From Vicugna vicugna (lineage: Eukaryota): 64,000 nt of DNA. The stretch is from NCBI GenBank assembly GCA_013265495.1, contig MU058463.1, forward strand, positions 1,325,523 through 1,389,522, written 5' to 3'. Every line of letters starts with the position of its first letter. Positions within the stretch are counted from its first letter, which is position 1. Under the pieces are notes generated by a model. It saw nothing but the letters and a program-made list of their open reading frames with translations, had not been told where the DNA came from and did not search any database. A program made the translations under genes and the position numbers. Of the stretch, positions 1 through 13,782 are shown piece after piece.

Positions 1-532
1 GTCCATCTTATTTCACTTAGCATAGTGTCCTCCGGGTTTGCCCATGTTGTTGTAATGGCAGGAATTCCTTTTTTTAAATGAATGAGTAACATTCCATTGT
101 GTATCTATACCACATTTTCTTTATCCATCCATCTGCTGATAGACATTTAGATTGCTTCCTTATCTTGGCTATTGGGAATAATATTGCAATGAACATCAGA
201 GTATAGGTATCTCTTTGGATATAGACCCATAAGTGGGATTGTTGGATGATATGATAGTAATATTTTTCATTTTTTGAGGAACTTGCATACTATTTTTCAT
301 AGTGGCTATTCCAATTTACATTCCCAACAACAGTACACAAGGTTTCCATTTACTCCATAGCCTGACCATCACATGCTATGTCTTGCTATTTTGATAATAT
401 CCAAGTGATATCTTGTTTTGTTTCTGATTTGCATTTCCCAAGTAGTTAGAAATGTTGAGCACATTTTCATACACCTTTTGGCCATTTGTATGTCGTCTTT
501 GGAAAAATGTCTATTAAGGCTCTTTGCTGATT

Positions 533-621
533 TTTTTTTTTTAATTGGAGGTAGTGGGGATTGAACCCAGGACCTTTCACATGTTAAGCATGTGCTCTAC
601 CACAGAGCTATGCCCCACCCC
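533..621 (-). mobile_element. tRNA-Ala-derived SINE (camelid Vic-1 type) inserted in L1
   Basis: Minus strand reads GGGGTGGGGCATAGCTCTGTGGTAGAGCACATGCTTAACATGTGAAAGGTCCTGGGTTCAATCCCCACTACCTCCAATT(A)n. It has an A box (TAGCTCTGTGG), a B box (GGTTCAATCC) and an A tail. Perfect 13-bp TSD CTCTTTGCTGATT at 520-532 and 622-634. Confidence 0.92.
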
Positions 622-864
622 CTCTTTGCTGATTCTTTAAATTGGATTATTTGTTTTTTGTTTTTTTTTTGCTTTGAGATTCATGAAGTCCTTATATATT
701 TTGGATATTAATTCCTTATCAGATAAATAGTTTGCAAATATTTTCTCCCATTTCATAGATTGTCTTTTTATTTTATTACTCCCTTTGCTGTGCAAAAACT
801 TTTTATTTGATATAGTACCACTTGTTTATTTTTGCTTTTAGTGCCTATGCTTTTGTGTCATATC

Positions 865-894
865 CAAAACAAAACAAAACAAAACAAAACAAAA
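865..894 (+). repeat. (CAAAA)6 microsatellite within L1
   Basis: Six direct CAAAA units. Confidence 0.95.
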
Positions 895-3800
895 CTACCA
901 AGACTAATGTCAAGTGATTTCCCTTTATTTTCTTCTAGGAGACTTATAATTTCAGGTCTCACATTTCAGCCTTTGGTATAGTTGAGCTGATGTTTGTGTA
1001 TGGTGTTAGATAAGGATCTAATTTCACTCTCTTGTATGTGGATATCCTTTCCCCACTGTGTATTCTCAACACCCTTGTTAAAGACAATTAATCATATAAG
1101 CATGATTTTTTTTTCTGGGATCTCTATTCTGTTCTATTCTTCTGTCTCTCTGTTTTCATACTAATACCATACTGTTTTGATTACTATACATTTCTGATAT
1201 AGTTTAAGGTAGTGTTCTGCCTCCTGCTTTGTTCTTATTCAAGATCGCTTTGGTTATTCAAGAGCTTCTGTGGTTTCATATGAATTTTAGGATTGCTGTG
1301 GATGGATTGCTTAGTGTATTCTGTTAGATCTCTTGGAGTGAAGTGTGACTGATGTACAGTGTTTCCTTGTTACTTTTCTGTCTGGATGATCTATTCATTC
1401 CTGTTAGTGAGATCTCGAAATCCCCTACTGTAATTGCATCGTTGTTTATTTCTCCCTTCAGATCAGGTAATATTTGCTTATATGTCTGGGTGCTCCAATG
1501 TTGAATGCATATCCATTTACAATCATTGTATTCTCTTAATTAATTGACCCCTTTGTCATTATACAGCGAACTTTTTGTCTTTTGTGATAGATTTTGACTG
1601 AACATCTATTTCAGTTGACATGAGCATAGCCACCCCCACTCTGTTATTATTTGGATAGAACATGTTTTTTTCACCCCTTCATTTTCAGCCTGTTTCCTTA
1701 AAGGTAAAGTGAGTTTCTTTTAGGCAACACATTGTTGGATCTTATTTTTTAATTCGCTCAGTTACTCTGTGTCTTTGATTGGCACATTGAATCCATTTCT
1801 TTTTAAAGTCATCATCGATGGGTAAGGATTTGCCCTTGTCATTTTGTTAATTGACAGAAAGCAATTGACATTGCTTTCTGCTTGTTTTACAGTTCCTTGT
1901 TCCTTTCTTCTCTTGCTACTTTCATTTGCCGTTTAGTGGGTTTCTGTAGTTTTTGCTTTAATTCCTTTATCTTTTATATCGCTATCACAGGTTTTCTTTG
2001 TGATTATCATGAGGTTTATATAAAGCATCATCTAAGTATTTTTTAGCTGAGAACAACTTAACTGCGATTGCACACAAAAACTCTGCACTTCTACTTCTCC
2101 CTTACCATGTTACTGATGTTACTATTTTCATCTCTTTACAGTATGTATCTAGGGGTTTGAGAGGGGATGGAGCCAAGCCATGGACTGCTTCAGGGTGCAC
2201 AGCTGGGACTGAGGTGGGTGGGCCTGTTACCCAAGGCACAGGCAGGTGTAGCTCCTCTCAGGTTCCTTGATGGATAGTACTGATGGCAGGACCAAAATCA
2301 AATGGGGCTGTAGCCAAGTTCATAAAGGATGTGTCTGTTTCTGGGTCTGTAGCCAGAACCACAGTCCACAAGCCCATTTATCTGGGTGTGAGCTGACCTT
2401 CTTAAATGACCCTCCTCTGTCTTGGGCTCCCCTGTGGTTTCACAACTTCCTAACTGGATCCCAAAGCTCCCACAGAGGCACTTTTGTCCATGGATGTCTG
2501 CCAAATGATTGTTGCTGTGGGGGAATATAAGCAGGGGACTTCCTCCTGCCATCTTGCTGATGTCCTATTTAAGCAATTTTTGAAAAGCGTTTCTAAATAA
2601 AACAAAATAGAGCTTCATGTTTTAGTACACACAGATATTTTTCTTTCAATAAACCTAATGAGATAGTAAAAATGGAAACTTAATAGATTATGCTGAACAC
2701 CCCTCATGCTTCTCTACATACCACTTAGTCATAAGCTACACCAAGTTTTGGGAAATTAGATTAAATATGATGAAACTGGATAAATCATCTCCAAATAACA
2801 GAGACAGAGTCTTATAAGAAAATTACATCTCTTAACTTTCTCTGTCCATAATCAACAAACCTGAAGCCAAGGAAAAACTTATGGTATTTATTTCATTGCT
2901 ACTCATCTGTGTCTTTTGGACAGTGATACAAACATTCACATGTTTTACTTGTTTATTTAACTAAACACTGAATAGCGTTTAAAAGCAAATAAAAAAATTT
3001 AAAAAGATGCTTCAAAATTATTGTGCAATTGAATACACAAGTTCCTGTTGTGATTTCTTAGTCAAAATTATACAATCAAACAAGCGAGATGTGATAATCT
3101 TTAGCTTACTCTTTGTGAGAAAGTGAGACTCTCAACTCTGATTGCACTAAAAAGAATTTTAAAATGTTGTCACCACGCCAAAGCAACACCGGAACAGCTC
3201 TGTCTGTATTTCAGACCAGGGAGCATTTTCCATTTCATAAATCATTCCCCAGATGTATGATCATACCTCATATACACAGAAAACAGAACAATAAGCCCTT
3301 AATTATGCTCATGGGCAGATTTTCACAAGGGCAAATTTACAGAATAGCATGTCTGCTTTAAGAATTATTCTCTTGCTTTCCCTGTTTGTTCTCAAATTAT
3401 CCATTCCCATAAAATTAAAACACATGGAAATATCCCTTACGCAGTCAGTCATATTTAGAAATCACTTTCTCTGTATTTGGACATTGAGTTTTCACAAGCT
3501 TAAACTTCAAGTGCTTTAATATTTATTTTCTCCATAAGCAATTTTTGCTGGTAGTAAATTTGCTAGAAGACTTTCTGTCTGTTGCAGCTATAGTACAGCT
3601 TACTGTGTGTCCAAAGAAATAAAAAAAAATTGCCACTCTATAACTCTTTAAGTTAATGCTACAAAGTGAGTAACTTTATCACAGAGTCACAGGGAGATTG
3701 TGGAGTCATGGACAATGCAGACATTCTGGGACTCTAGTCAACTTGTTTCTAAAAAGGATTGTGAAAGTATCCAGATCCACATTGAGTGTTCTTAGAGCAA

Positions 3801-4056
3801 TCTCCATCTAGACTAGCAGAAACTATACCTGTCAGGGAAGAAGTATCTTTTTAGCTTCATAAAAAATATTTTCTCTAAGAAAGCTGTTGTAATAGTTACC
3901 AATAAAATATCAAACCCAAGAAAATGGTATCCACCTAATATCTTTTGGAAATTTTTGAATGTAGTTAAGAATTGACCAGTTTGCAAAACTACGGGCTTTC
4001 CACTCATGTAGCGTACCAAGTGAACGCTGCTGCCTTGAGTTGTACAACATGCTGAT

Positions 4057-4086
4057 ACTAAACTAACTTCAACTAAACTAACTTCA
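4057..4086 (+). repeat. 15-bp perfect tandem duplication (ACTAAACTAACTTCA)x2
   Basis: Read directly. Confidence 0.9.
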
Positions 4087-4349
4087 TTTTCAGGCAGTTA
4101 TTTGAAAACAAATAGTTTCTTCTCAACCAATGTGCATTATACATTGAAATGTTCTGAAAATGATATACTCTTTCAAGTTATGATTGATATTTTTATATTT
4201 TAAAGTCCAAATGCCACATTCCAAAGACACTGTCCAAGCACTTAAAGTTATTATTAATGGGAGATATAAGTATATGTATGTTTGTATTACTAACTCAATG
4301 AAGTAGAAGAGCTGTGAGCTACAGCACACTGCTGAATATCTGTGTTTGT

Positions 4350-4575
4350 CTAGACCCTTCCCCTTTTGTAAAGATATCTAAAATATCCTTTGTGAATTCT
4401 TACTTCTTTCAGTCCATGTGACCTTGCTCCCAGACATGGGCATATGATCCAGGCTGTCCAACTAGAACATCTAGGCAGCAATGATTAGTTCAGATTGGGC
4501 ATACAATCCAGATAACATGGATTAGAATAATTTCAGGGTTGCAGGCAGCCTTTACCTGCACAAATAGAGAGACTA
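4350..4575 (+). mobile_element. ERVL-class LTR fragment (LTR16/LTR33-like)
   Basis: The motif gggcatatgatccaggctgtccaactagaac...tgattagttcagattgggcatacaatcca resembles the LTR16-family repeated 'gggcatgtgacccaggc..ggccaatcaga' core. Confidence 0.5.
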
Positions 4576-4588
4576 CTTTAGAATGAAG

Positions 4589-4725
4589 CAGTGGTTTTCT
4601 AAATGTAGTCCTTGGACCACCAGTACCATAATCAAATAAATATTTGTGGGGTATACAAATCTTCAGGCTCCAGCCCAGACTATAGAAACAAAAAACTCTG
4701 GGTGTGAGACCCATGCTGTTCACAT
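4589..4725. mobile_element. MER5-like hAT-Charlie MITE fragment
   Basis: cagtggttttctaaatgtagtccttggaccaccag...aaatcttcaggctccagcccagact...aaactctgggtgtgagaccc matches the recalled MER5A layout. Confidence 0.75.
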
Positions 4726-6159
4726 TTTTGCCAACATGAATTTAGTTACTAGGTTCTCTATGCTTATGATGCTGTTATCCTCTTGATGCATGCTTGAGTT
4801 TGGTTCTTTCTTCAAGTGTTCTCTTCCATGAAGTTGTTCTTGATTGTATTTCTTCATTATCTTTTTTGAATTTCATTTTCATTTCATGTGTGCCACTTCC
4901 AAGCCTTTAAGATGCCTCAGCTCATGTTATTGTTGTTTATGTGCATAGCTCATTTACCCCATTAGCTTAGAACTACTCAGGGAACAAAAAGACAAACTTA
5001 CCCATAATTGTAACTCCAAGCATGCACATATACAGAGTTGAAAAGAAATTAAGGTGGATGGAAGAATTAGATGATCTGAAAAGAACATTTTTTAGGCACA
5101 AACGAATTTGAAACCCTTTTAAAAATCTCAGTCAGTGTTCCTTTCTAATGCTCTTTACTGATTAATAATTTATAAGACTAGTTAGTGCATTTAGCTTCTT
5201 CTGAAATATATTTTATGTCTTTAGGTTATCAAATAATGGAGTTTTAATCTGTTACCCATATCCCATCATTGATGAATGTATCCCTGGCCTTGCAATGTTA
5301 ACTCACGCTGAAACAAAAAGAACCCTGGGCAAAACTGAGGTTGACTACAGGAATGAGCTGCTATATCCATGGACAAAGTGCTTAACCCTTCTGTGAGGGC
5401 ACTTTTCCCCTCAGTACAATTAGCACATCTCTCCAAGATTTACATTGCTGTGATTTATATTTGTGTTATCATGTGGCTAATGAACAAGGCAAGCAAACAC
5501 ACATGTTGAAATTTAAAATAATGCAGGAGTTGTGTAGTTTCTTGAGAACCAAAGATTTCTGGGGTTGCCTTAAATACAGTAATTGAATTCATCTAGTAAC
5601 TGAATGTATCAAAGCTGCCATGGTTAGGATAGATCAAGTTACCTGGCGCAGTTAGGAAAGGATACGGAGTAAAATGTCCTCTTTCCAACACTCAAACTGG
5701 TTAAAATCAACAGGGATCACAGAATATGGAAATCTGGAAACCATTAGGAAGCAAAAGATTATGTGGGTTGAGTAACAAAACTTGCACTCTGTCTGAAACT
5801 ATGAAAGATTTTAGAACATCTTCCTGTGGCTGATGCAGAACTAATCATAGTATGTATTTGATTTCATATATGTTGGTATATATTAAGATGTCAAAATTAA
5901 AAATTAGCTTATATATTATAGTTATAGGTGAAAAGGGGATGTGAACCTTGAATGATGATATTGGCAAATTAAAAATTGGGGATATAAAAGACATAAGAAA
6001 CCCTTAGAGAAATAATATAACACACAGAGACAATGTCAAATTCCTGAAGAAAAGGCTTGGAAAGAGGGACTAGCTGTCCAACTTTGACTCTTTGCCTGGA
6101 AAAACATACATCATTTTTAGGAAGAGGCAAAAAAAAAACAACTCTGCTGTACTTTTCCC

Positions 6160-6290
6160 TTTCATATTCATTTATCATTCATTCATAAATGTTTAACACC
6201 AGTATTGTTTCAGGCACTGAACTAGGAACTGAGGATACAGCAGTGAAAGTTATGGAAAGAAATTCTGTGCCTTTAATAAAGCTAATATGT
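6160..6290 (-). mobile_element. L2 LINE 3' end
   Basis: (ttca)n-like tail followed by caggcactgaactaggaactgaggatacagcagtgaaag. Confidence 0.75.
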
Positions 6291-6739
6291 TACTGAATAT
6301 TTACTTTTTAGAGTTTCTATATACTCAGAGTTTGAAAAGAACTATCAAAGCCAAGATTGTGGATTCCAAGTGGATGTAGTATAAACAAATTATACTGTAC
6401 TTACAAAGGAATCCTAATTACTTGTTTCTATCACTCAAAATCATGCCTATTCTCAAAAAACAAAAGTAGACAAAATATGACTCAATTAGGTCAACTCCTC
6501 AATGGCCCCACCACCTTTAGAACACCCAGCATGAACTGCAAGGACTTTTATGGACTTGGTCCTGCCTCAGCTCGGTCTCCTCTTTTTGCACTTCCTCAAA
6601 CTGCATGCAGCAGGCTAGTTATAACAAACTTTGTAATTTTTCAAATTATTTCTTTTTTTTATGATTTTACATAAACTTCCATTTTTTTAAATGCTTTCCT
6701 CTCACAAAATTAGAAAATCCCTAATTACCCTTAAAAAGA

Positions 6740-7330
6740 TTCTGCTTAGGATAAGAATGGAATGGAAGGGAACATTATTCTAATAAAGGGTAGAAACAAA
6801 AGCCTACAGCCAGCATCTTACTTAAGGTGAAATATTGCAATCTTTTCTACCTTGAGATTGACAGTGAGACCCGTATGAGAGATCTAGCCAGTGCAGTAAA
6901 GCAAGAAAAAAGAAAAATCCTGTCATTATCCACAGCTGATTGTGCACAGAAAATCTAAGTAATTTATAGATAATTTACTTGAATTAATAAGTGAAATTGA
7001 CAGGGTGAATTAATATCATAAGACAATATACCTGCCAAAAATCAGAGTATCAAATTTTTAAAATATCATTTAAAATCATAAATACTTAGACACTATGGAT
7101 AGATGGATATGGATGGATGGATATCTAATCACTATCTACTGAACTATGTGCCAGATCCCTCCATGGAAACATAAAATCAACTTTGCTAGAAAACTTAAAG
7201 AATTAAATAAAAAGATGTACAATGTTCATGAATTGGAGGTCTCAGTGATGTAAAAATACCAATTATTTCCACATTTTTCCACGAAATTAATGGAGTCAAA
7301 ATAATCATAGCAGATTTGTGTTTGTGAAAA
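6740..7330 (+). mobile_element. Old L1 (L1ME-like) ORF2 fragment
   Basis: ctacagccagcatcttacttaaggtgaaatattg..., tctagccagtgcagtaaagcaagaaaa, ttcatgaattggaggtctcagtgatgtaaaaat are degenerate L1 ORF2 motifs. Confidence 0.7.
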
Positions 7331-9220
7331 ATGACCAGTTTGTTTTGTGTGTTCATGCCAAAAATTTATGAAGCTGTATACATATAATTTAAAGACTTTT
7401 CTATATATCTATTATTCAGCACTTTAAAATCTAAATACATATATTTCTGAGAAAAAAGTATTTTATTTCATTCATAATTTTCTCTATGAACACTTCTTTT
7501 TTCAAACAATCAAGAACACAGTTTCAACTTCTTACATCTTTATTGTAGCAGCTTTTAAATAAAGTGTGGAACGTAGTATTTTTCCAGTCTTTCTCTGAAA
7601 TCAGATTAAGTGAGACATGCTTTTTGGCATTTATGAATGGGAACAAAAGTAACGTTTAATATAAACATGTTCTGAAAGGGTCATTGAACTTTTGAAAGCT
7701 CATATAACAGATGTTCCCATTTTATATGATACTTTTCCCATTTTAAAAACTGTTCATCCTATAAATCATCAAATTTAACATCTAAGCATTTTGGAATCTG
7801 ATCTTCTGGGAGAATTTTAGCCAAATAACCAAGATAATCCCAATTTAAATAAATCAATTAGTCAAAATTTAGCCCAGCTATCAGGTGAGGTTATCTTGTG
7901 CTTTGAGATTTAGAACATGTTGGCTCAAGTCCTCATGACAAGTGTTACGGAATATCCAATGTCCTAGGTAAGTTTTCTATCAGTGTTCCAAGGAACTGTG
8001 TTTTCACACTGATTTCCTGCTTCCTCTGGCTCAGTCTCTTTAGCGTCTTTAGTGTCTTGAGTGCTGTGACTGGTCTTTTTTTATTTGGTCTGCATTTTCC
8101 AGTCTCCTTTTTAGCTGCATTAAATTGGCATACACATAATGTGCTCATTTTATTTTGAATGATTAACTGTGACCTCTTGTTGAAATTTGTATTGAGCTTT
8201 AACAATTCTGTAAATACGTCTTTCCATCTCCTCCAAGACGATATCGGGGCTCAATCTGGGTCAGTGGGATGATCAGGTGCCCTAAACAATAAAGTCATGT
8301 TGTTAGTGCTTACTATACTTTTCATTTCTACTCAGCATTTGTAAGGAGCATCAATAATCACATGAGAAACATTCTCTAACTATACCGTGTCCTCGTCAAA
8401 ATACCACATTCAGAGTATCATGTATAATTTAGAATGGAAATAGCCACCACTTATGTTGAGAACAAAACCCCAGTTCCTTTCACATTCAGTGTCATATAAT
8501 TATCATGTTCGCATAACTAGTGCGTTTATCAAAGTTAGGGTTCTTTACCTTTTAACTGTTACATCATTTGGATTCTTAATTCAATCTCTAACATAAAAGT
8601 TATTATAATTAAATATATCAATAACTTGGTTAAAATCCTATCCAAACACCAAAGAAAATGTATAAGAACACTCAGGTTAATTAATGGTTGATCTCCAGGT
8701 ATAACTTCTTTCTAAAACTAAAGGTCTTTCAGGGCGTTCTCCTCCAGGGACATCAAAGAGGTCCAATATTAAAGCTTAACTACCTTTCTTAAATATGGTG
8801 TTTTCTGCAAATGTTTTAATTTCCTGTTTCATTCTTTGAGAAGAATTAAATGAGCAAATGTGACAAATATATTTAAAATATGAAAATAAGAAAAAGTAAT
8901 ATCAGTGAAATGATCAAATGGTTAATTGATATTTTCATTTTTATTTTCCAAACTTCCTGTCTGAATTTCTTACAAACTGCATTTAATATACATATAGTTG
9001 GTAAATGCATGGTAGGCTATAGAAAAATATGAGAAAACACTGCAGGTTACAGAACAGTACATTCTGGACCTTTAGAATAAATATGACCATTTGCCTGATC
9101 ACGTTATAATCTGCCCATGCATACAGTGTAGTCAAAAGACTACTTATTCTTGCTAGATTCCTCTTAGAAGAGGTCCCCTGAGAATGATGTCTTAAAGGAG
9201 ATCCATCTTATTCCTCCCAC

Positions 9221-9272
9221 TCTTTTCTCCTCTTCCTCCTTCTCCGTCTCCTCTTCCTCCTTCTTCTCCTTC
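9221..9272 (+). repeat. CCT/CTT-rich polypyrimidine low-complexity tract
   Basis: Almost pure C/T; contains TCTCCTCTTCCTCCTTCT twice. Confidence 0.8.
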
Positions 9273-9679
9273 AATCTTTCTAATCTACTCCAAGATTAGC
9301 TAGGGTTAGTAATTAGCAGACTTTGTTTAACTCAGCTTTCTCAAGCAAGCACCTAACAAAATACTCACAGATATAGAGAACACTGCTCAGAATACCCCAC
9401 ACCGTTCGTTCACATTTAGCTGTCTGTTTATCACAAGCGTTGGCCAGATTCAGGTAGGTTCTCCAAGATATGATGTTTGGAAAACCCCACAACAGCTACA
9501 GAGGAAGAAACATGCAGCTTCAATACAAAGAATCCATTGCTGCATTAAACACTAACCTAATACACGTCCTAACCAGCTCCATCTAGTTAACTGGTTTTGG
9601 TCATTTATTCAGTCGGATACTGTTTAAAAACAACAGCAGCAGCAGTAACAAGAATGGCAGCTTTATGTCATTTACACAT

Positions 9680-10840
9680 AAACATTCTCAAATATAAAAG
9701 TGTGGACATTTTGACTATAAAGGGATGGAAAATATAGCAAAGAGTAGCAAAAAGAAAGCTTATAGGGCTTTGTTAAAATTCAATGAAATAGGCTTTAAGG
9801 CACAATATTTACTTAAAATTAAAAGGGTCACATCATAATGATATTTTTCCAATTTCTCAAGAATATATAGTAATTATAAATGTATTTGCACTGAATATGA
9901 ATTTAAAATATCAAAGCCAGAATTTAATAAAACTAAAAGGAGAATTAGACATATCTACAATAGCAGTGAAAAATTTTACTAAATAATTGCTAGAATATGT
10001 AAACAGTAGATAAAGATATAAAAGTTGTGAATAACTTTTTAAAAATATATCCCCTGGAATATATAGAATGTTGCCCACCAAAAATACAGTACAGCAATAT
10101 TTTCAGATACATTTGTAAGAAACATTTGCAATATTGACCAAAAATAATGACCAGTGGTAGATGATAGAGTGAGTCTTAAAAAATACCAAAGATTCAAATA
10201 ATTAAGAATTTTCTCTGAACATAATTCTTTATATTTGAAATAATAAAGCAAAAAACGTATTAGAAAATGTTATATGTATTGAATATAAAAGTAGTTTTCC
10301 AAATAGCCTACATATTTTAAAAGGCATCATAATAGAAAATAATAAAGTTTTGAAGTAAATGACAACAGAATACTATGTACCAAAAGTTGTTCATTGCTAT
10401 TGAAGCAATACTTAGAGGAACAGCTACATTTTTAAATGCACATACGAGATTAGACAAAAGGCTAACACTAACACTGAGCACCCATCTGAAAATATTATAG
10501 AATGGACAACAAAATAAAATTAAAAATTGAAAAAAAGTAATAATGTAAGAGCAAAAATTAATAAAAGAGAAAACAAATCAAAGATAATCAAGAGACCAAA
10601 AGCTGTTTCTTAGAACATAATAAAATTGATAAATCTCTGGCAAGACTTGCTTATGTTTTAAAGGAGAGACACAAGTCACAAAAAAGTAATCAGATGTGAA
10701 AGATAATGAGAGAATTTTATAAACAACTATATTCCAACAAATTTGAAATGGACAAATTGCTAGAAAAATAGAACTTAAAGAACTGAAATCAAAGTGAAGA
10801 CTTGAATAATCCTATAAATCCTTTAGTTAATTAGTCTATT
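9680..10840 (+). mobile_element. Old L1 (L1ME-like) ORF2 5' (endonuclease-region) fragment
   Basis: aaagggatggaaaatatagc, aaactaaaaggagaattagac, gcaatacttagaggaa, aaaattgataaatctctggcaagact, atttgaaatggacaaattgctagaaaaata. Confidence 0.8.
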
Positions 10841-11884
10841 GTGCTGTCTAACTCTTTTCTTTAAATTCTTTTGTGACTGGTACTAGTTTTTTCAGCCATA
10901 CTGATAAGAAAAAATATGCCTGTCTATAAATAGTTTATGTAATTTGACATTTAATGAAAAAAAAAGAGTAAAGACTAAAGAAATCCATGAAAAGAATGTA
11001 AATGATTCTATAATCAAGAAAAGAAATGACATCATGGGATGCATGTTGCACAATATTTTTATTGCTGTGAATTTATAAACTGTGAGGCTTCAAGTGGAAA
11101 ACTTGCCACAGAATGCATTAGCCATAAAACCTTGTGTGGTGGCTCTCATGTGATGGTGCCCATCTGTTTCTGAAGCAAAGTCATCCTTAGGAGTCCTTTT
11201 AAATAGTAAGAAAACTTTGCAAGACAAGTAAGAGTAGTAAATGAAATTCCTGGTAAAGTTGAGACCTTGTAACATGGTTTATCTAAACACAAGTTATAAA
11301 TCTACATACTTTATATGAATACATAAGCATGTAGCCTAGTGCTTAAGTACAGCCTGTCTTTTGTTTTGTGTGTGTATGTAGTGGTATTGTTGGATACAGT
11401 GGTATAGAAAGAAGAGGAGGAAGAGGGAAGTGAAGAAAAAAATAAAACTTTAAAAATAGGTAACTTTGTATGACATGATCTAAGTCATGTAAGATAATAA
11501 ATATGCATAGATTAATTTAAAAATAGAATTTGATATATCATACATAGTGAGAAATAAAGAGCTTTACAGTAATTTGTAGATTATGATTATGAAAATATAA
11601 ATAAAAATCCCCAATTATCTACATGAATATATCAGTTTTATAAGAGTAAGAGGAGAGTTCTGAGGAGATAAACCACAACCTATTAGCAGTGAATTGATCA
11701 GAGATGGGAGGTTAAAAGGGAAAATCAGATAGAAGATGGTTAAACTGCAGGCACCTATGTTTATTTTGGTTTTTATGATTTTGTATTTTTTCACTTAACA
11801 CATAAAAATGAATATGTTAATTTAATCATATCATATTTTTCATGTTAAATGTCATGAATAATTTTTAAAGGTGAATAATCTTTA

Positions 11885-12085
11885 AAATAGGACAGAACTG
11901 AATTTGAGTCATGGCTCTGCCACTTATTAGTTACATTCCAAAAACTTTCTAAGTTTCCTTATCAGCAAAATGAGCATAAGAGTAGCAACTATATTAGATT
12001 ATAGAGGAGGTAAAAGAATATGTGGTAAAAATCATATAAAATAGAACATGGCACCTAGTAATCAATCACTAGTTGATAGCAAATT
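11885..12085 (+). mobile_element. MIR SINE
   Basis: MIR core: tttgagtcatggctctgccacttattag...agtttccttatcagcaaaatgag...atggcacctagtaa. Confidence 0.75.
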
Positions 12086-13610
12086 TTATTCTCTTTGTAT
12101 GGAGGAGAAAACCCTTTAAATTCATTTAATCAATTGGGATCTTGGAGGCAAACATCACTATAATTAATTCTCAGACTAGATTCTAGTCAATTTAAGAAAT
12201 AAAACAAAAATATCCAATTTATTACAGATAAAACCTGGTTATATAACTTGTGAGAACCAAATAAGATAAACAAAAGAAATTACCCCCAGACTTGGGGCAG
12301 CCCACCACTGGAAATATTAAGTCTTCAAATTTAACATCCTTATTTGCATTATTAGTTTAAATGAAGAAAGAAGCACTAAAGTGATCAAATCCCACACAAT
12401 GGAATTCTGAAGGCTTAACCCACCTTATTGAGAATTGTGAACCAGTTTTGGCACCCATTACCTAAGTAATTCAATCAACTATCCAAATCCAGTGTAGAAA
12501 TAGGGGAAAGACAGAGCCAACAGTGTGTCTAGGGAAATGTCTTTCCTCAAGAAAACCAGAGTCAAGGAAAAGATGTTCTTCTAACACCATCCACCAGTTT
12601 TCAGACATTGTATCAGAGTAATTCCTTTGCCAAAATTAACCTTAAGGAGAATCTCAATGCATAAAACTACTTTACTTAAATGAATGACTGAGGAAAAGAG
12701 TCTAAAAGTTTACTCTGAGTCACAAATCTCATTACTCAATGCTAATTAAGTAATCATAGTTCCCATTTCATTTCTTTTAAAATAATGCCTATACTTAGAA
12801 AAAAGTAAACAAAAATTTTAAAAAAGAAAAGTAACATATATTTTTAATTATTGAATTTATTTAATATATTTAAATGTCCCTTTATTTCACTTAATATACA
12901 TATATATATAAAACAATTGTATTCTGGAACCTGCAGTGACAGTGCATTTCATTTCAGGTTAACAGACAACACTCTGGTTATTTTTATTACATCACTTATT
13001 CCCCTACAATATTGGCTTACCAGGCAGAGATTTTGTCATTTATTTTGATGTAATATAACCCACAGTAGAAACTGAACTATTGGGTGCATATGGTTACAAT
13101 CTTATGCATATGTGGAAAAATCATTTTTTCTTTACTTCATACAGCTAAGAATCATCCATCAACTTAAAAGAAAGATTTTCAGTGGAAAAGAATATAGCTT
13201 CACTAAAGGAAAATGTATAATAAATTTCAAAACTGGCCAGTTAAAAAAAAGAAACTTTTCTTCTATTTAGTCTAATAGTTTGTAGAAATGCAAAATTTAT
13301 CTCTTAAAGCACTCAAACTCATGCTCAGAATTCTATGATGTATATTCTAATTTATTATGTTACTTTGGTTTCAAATTCACCCTGAGAAAAACATCTAGGA
13401 GGAGGAATATTTTTGCAAGGCCATAAAAGTGGACTATATAAAAATAACTATTTCTAGTGGTACCTGTTCTCAATTTTAACAAGTCAGTGGTTAACAAGCT
13501 ATTGGAATTTTATCCAATATATTTTTCTTAGAATCACTATTTTGGCTTAAAAATCCCACTAAAGTTGGTCATTACCATTAGTGGCTGTTTCAGCCCTTGT
13601 AAGTAAAATC

Positions 13611-13782
13611 ATGAATGTATGTGGGGTATATATATAAATATGTATTTAGACATACACACACATATATATATTTATATATATATGTATAGACCCCATATGT
13701 ATGTGTGTATGCACACATGTGTATGTATATATATTTGTATATTTTTATGCATTTATATATATATAGAGAGAGAGAGAGAGAG
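13611..13782 (+). repeat. Compound TA/TG/CA-rich microsatellite ending in (TA)n(GA)n
   Basis: Read directly. Confidence 0.9.

Larger units (their letters stand above)
1..2566 (-). mobile_element. L1 LINE (L1MA9/L1M2-like); 5' end retained, large internal deletions; 3' end runs off the window start
   Basis: 1-1295 reads as antisense L1 ORF2 3' part (ttgaggaacttgcatactatttttcatagtggct..., ccctttgctgtgcaaaaacttttt). ~1297-2150 jumps to the antisense ORF2 5'/inter-ORF region. 2150-2566 is GC-richer L1M 5'-end sequence ending ...ttcctcctgccatcttgctgatgtc. Confidence 0.85.

Noticed and set aside
546..618. Functional tRNA gene
   Set aside because: It has an A tail and TSD, sits inside an L1, and has mismatched stems; it is a SINE copy.
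3510..3590. Minus-strand peptide LQQTESLLANLLPAKIA resembling a cyclase helical motif
   Set aside because: It is followed by a stop within a few codons, has a weak acceptor, and has no partner exons; chance resemblance.
7945..8205. 86-aa basic ORF with an LKT repeat
   Set aside because: It has a non-ATG start, and the repeat comes from a 9-bp degenerate tandem repeat at ~8037-8063; no homology recognised.
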